A DNA stretch of 27,381 bases, taken from positions 1 through 27,381 of the IMG/VR virus record IMGVR_UViG_3300023301_000076. The stretch is one strand, 5' to 3'. The notes beneath the pieces were generated by a model, which was not told the DNA's origin, made no database searches, and was given only the letters and a program-made list of their open reading frames with translations. Positions within the stretch are counted from its first letter, which is position 1, and every line of letters begins with the position of its first letter. Made by a program: the position numbers and the translations under genes. Of the stretch, positions 27,035 through 27,381 are shown piece by piece. The stretch is from a virus. Lineage: Duplodnaviria; Caudoviricetes.

Positions 27035-27084
27035 TCTTCTATCCTTGCTCGTCGTTTGCGAATTTTATTTAGTGTGGTTTTCAT
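27031..27084 (-). CDS. 17-aa mini-ORF MKTTLNKIRKRRARIEE, not in the ORF track
   Basis: Fills the gap exactly, with ATGA overlaps at 27084-27081 and 27034-27031. Confidence 0.6.
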   Translation of the reverse strand: MKTTLNKIRKRRARIEE

Positions 27085-27380
27085 ACCGCCTGCGCTATGG
27101 CAGCGTCGATTGCGGCGCACACTTCACGCAGGCGGTTTTTTTGGGCCTCCTTCGAAGCATCCCAAGCAGCAGCCCAAGTAGCCTCTTCCGCAGCATCCCA
27201 CGCAGCAGATCGCGCAGCAGACCACGCAGCATCCCAAGCAGCAGCCCAAGTAGCAGATCGCGCAGCAGACCACGCAGCATCCCAAGCAGCAGCCCAAGTA
27301 GCCTCTTCCGCAGCATCCCACGCAGCAGATCGCGCAGCAGACCACGCAGCATCCCAAGCAGCAGCCCAAGTAGCCTCTTC
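27081..27380 (-). CDS. C-terminal part of an Ala/Trp tetrapeptide-repeat protein, 5'-truncated and not in the ORF track
   Basis: The third - frame reads EEAT WAAA WDAA WSAA RSAA WDAA ... WDAS KEAQKNRLREVCAAIDAAIAQAV*. It uses GCT/GCG codons like the rest of the genome, and its TGA overlaps the next ATG. Confidence 0.8.
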   Translation of the reverse strand, partial: EEATWAAAWDAAWSAARSAAWDAAEEATWAAAWDAAWSAARSATWAAAWDAAWSAARSAAWDAAEEATWAAAWDASKEAQKNRLREVCAAIDAAIAQAV

Positions 27381-27381
27381 C
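27156..27381. repeat. Coding minisatellite of 12-bp units with higher-order blocks
   Basis: 27156-27254 is identical to 27276-27374 (99 bp, 120-bp offset). 72-bp and 48-bp sub-blocks are visible. Confidence 0.95.

Larger units (their letters stand above)
1..27381. mobile_element. Fragment of a podovirus-like dsDNA phage genome (virion arm on +, replication/early arm on -)
   Basis: Densely packed, often overlapping phage-type genes (tail, ejection proteins, PolA, primase-helicase, SNF2, VRR-NUC). No housekeeping genes. The two arms converge at about 15.4 kb. No integrase, att site or tape measure gene in the window. Confidence 0.96.

Noticed and set aside
27135-27142. In-frame A_AAA_AAC slippery heptamer in the repeat gene
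   Set aside because: A -1 shift would add only a few residues before a stop, and the nearby stem overlaps the site rather than lying at stimulatory distance.
27095-27369. Track ORFs 27095..27352 (Leu/Arg-rich) and 27124..27369 (Cys-rich, metallothionein-like)
   Set aside because: They are shadow frames of the stop-free 12-bp repeat. The third frame has normal codon usage and an ATGA-coupled stop.
27156-27381. Repeat array as a CRISPR array or iterons
   Set aside because: No unique spacers. The units are in-frame 12-mers within a coding sequence.

Overview
The window is a 27.4-kb piece of a dsDNA tailed phage genome, most likely a podovirus, with no host genes. It has two convergent arms. 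The + arm (1-15402) is a virion module: a 5'-truncated tail-fibre protein, a fibre-tip protein, then genes that mirror the P22 order gp10-gp26-gp14-gp7-gp20-gp16 with one extra 600-aa protein. It ends in a 2018-aa polyvalent protein with a zincin metallopeptidase, an ADP-ribosyltransferase-like domain and a PLxRFG-like region. The - arm (27381-15494) holds small early genes, a VRR-NUC nuclease, a family A DNA polymerase (Leu762 type), a Cas4-like nuclease, an HNH protein, an SNF2 helicase, an SSB-like protein, an HTH protein and a primase-helicase. The best leads are: (1) a candidate ~83-nt small RNA between the arms, with its own promoter, a terminator and two anti-Shine-Dalgarno seeds; (2) a tandem double-glycine motif shared by three ejection proteins next to a GNAT-like gene; (3) nested domain insertions in the tail fibre; (4) the protease plus ART cargo protein with repeated boundary motifs; and (5) two genes missing from the ORF track at the right end. 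All family calls come from reading motifs by eye; no database search was run.
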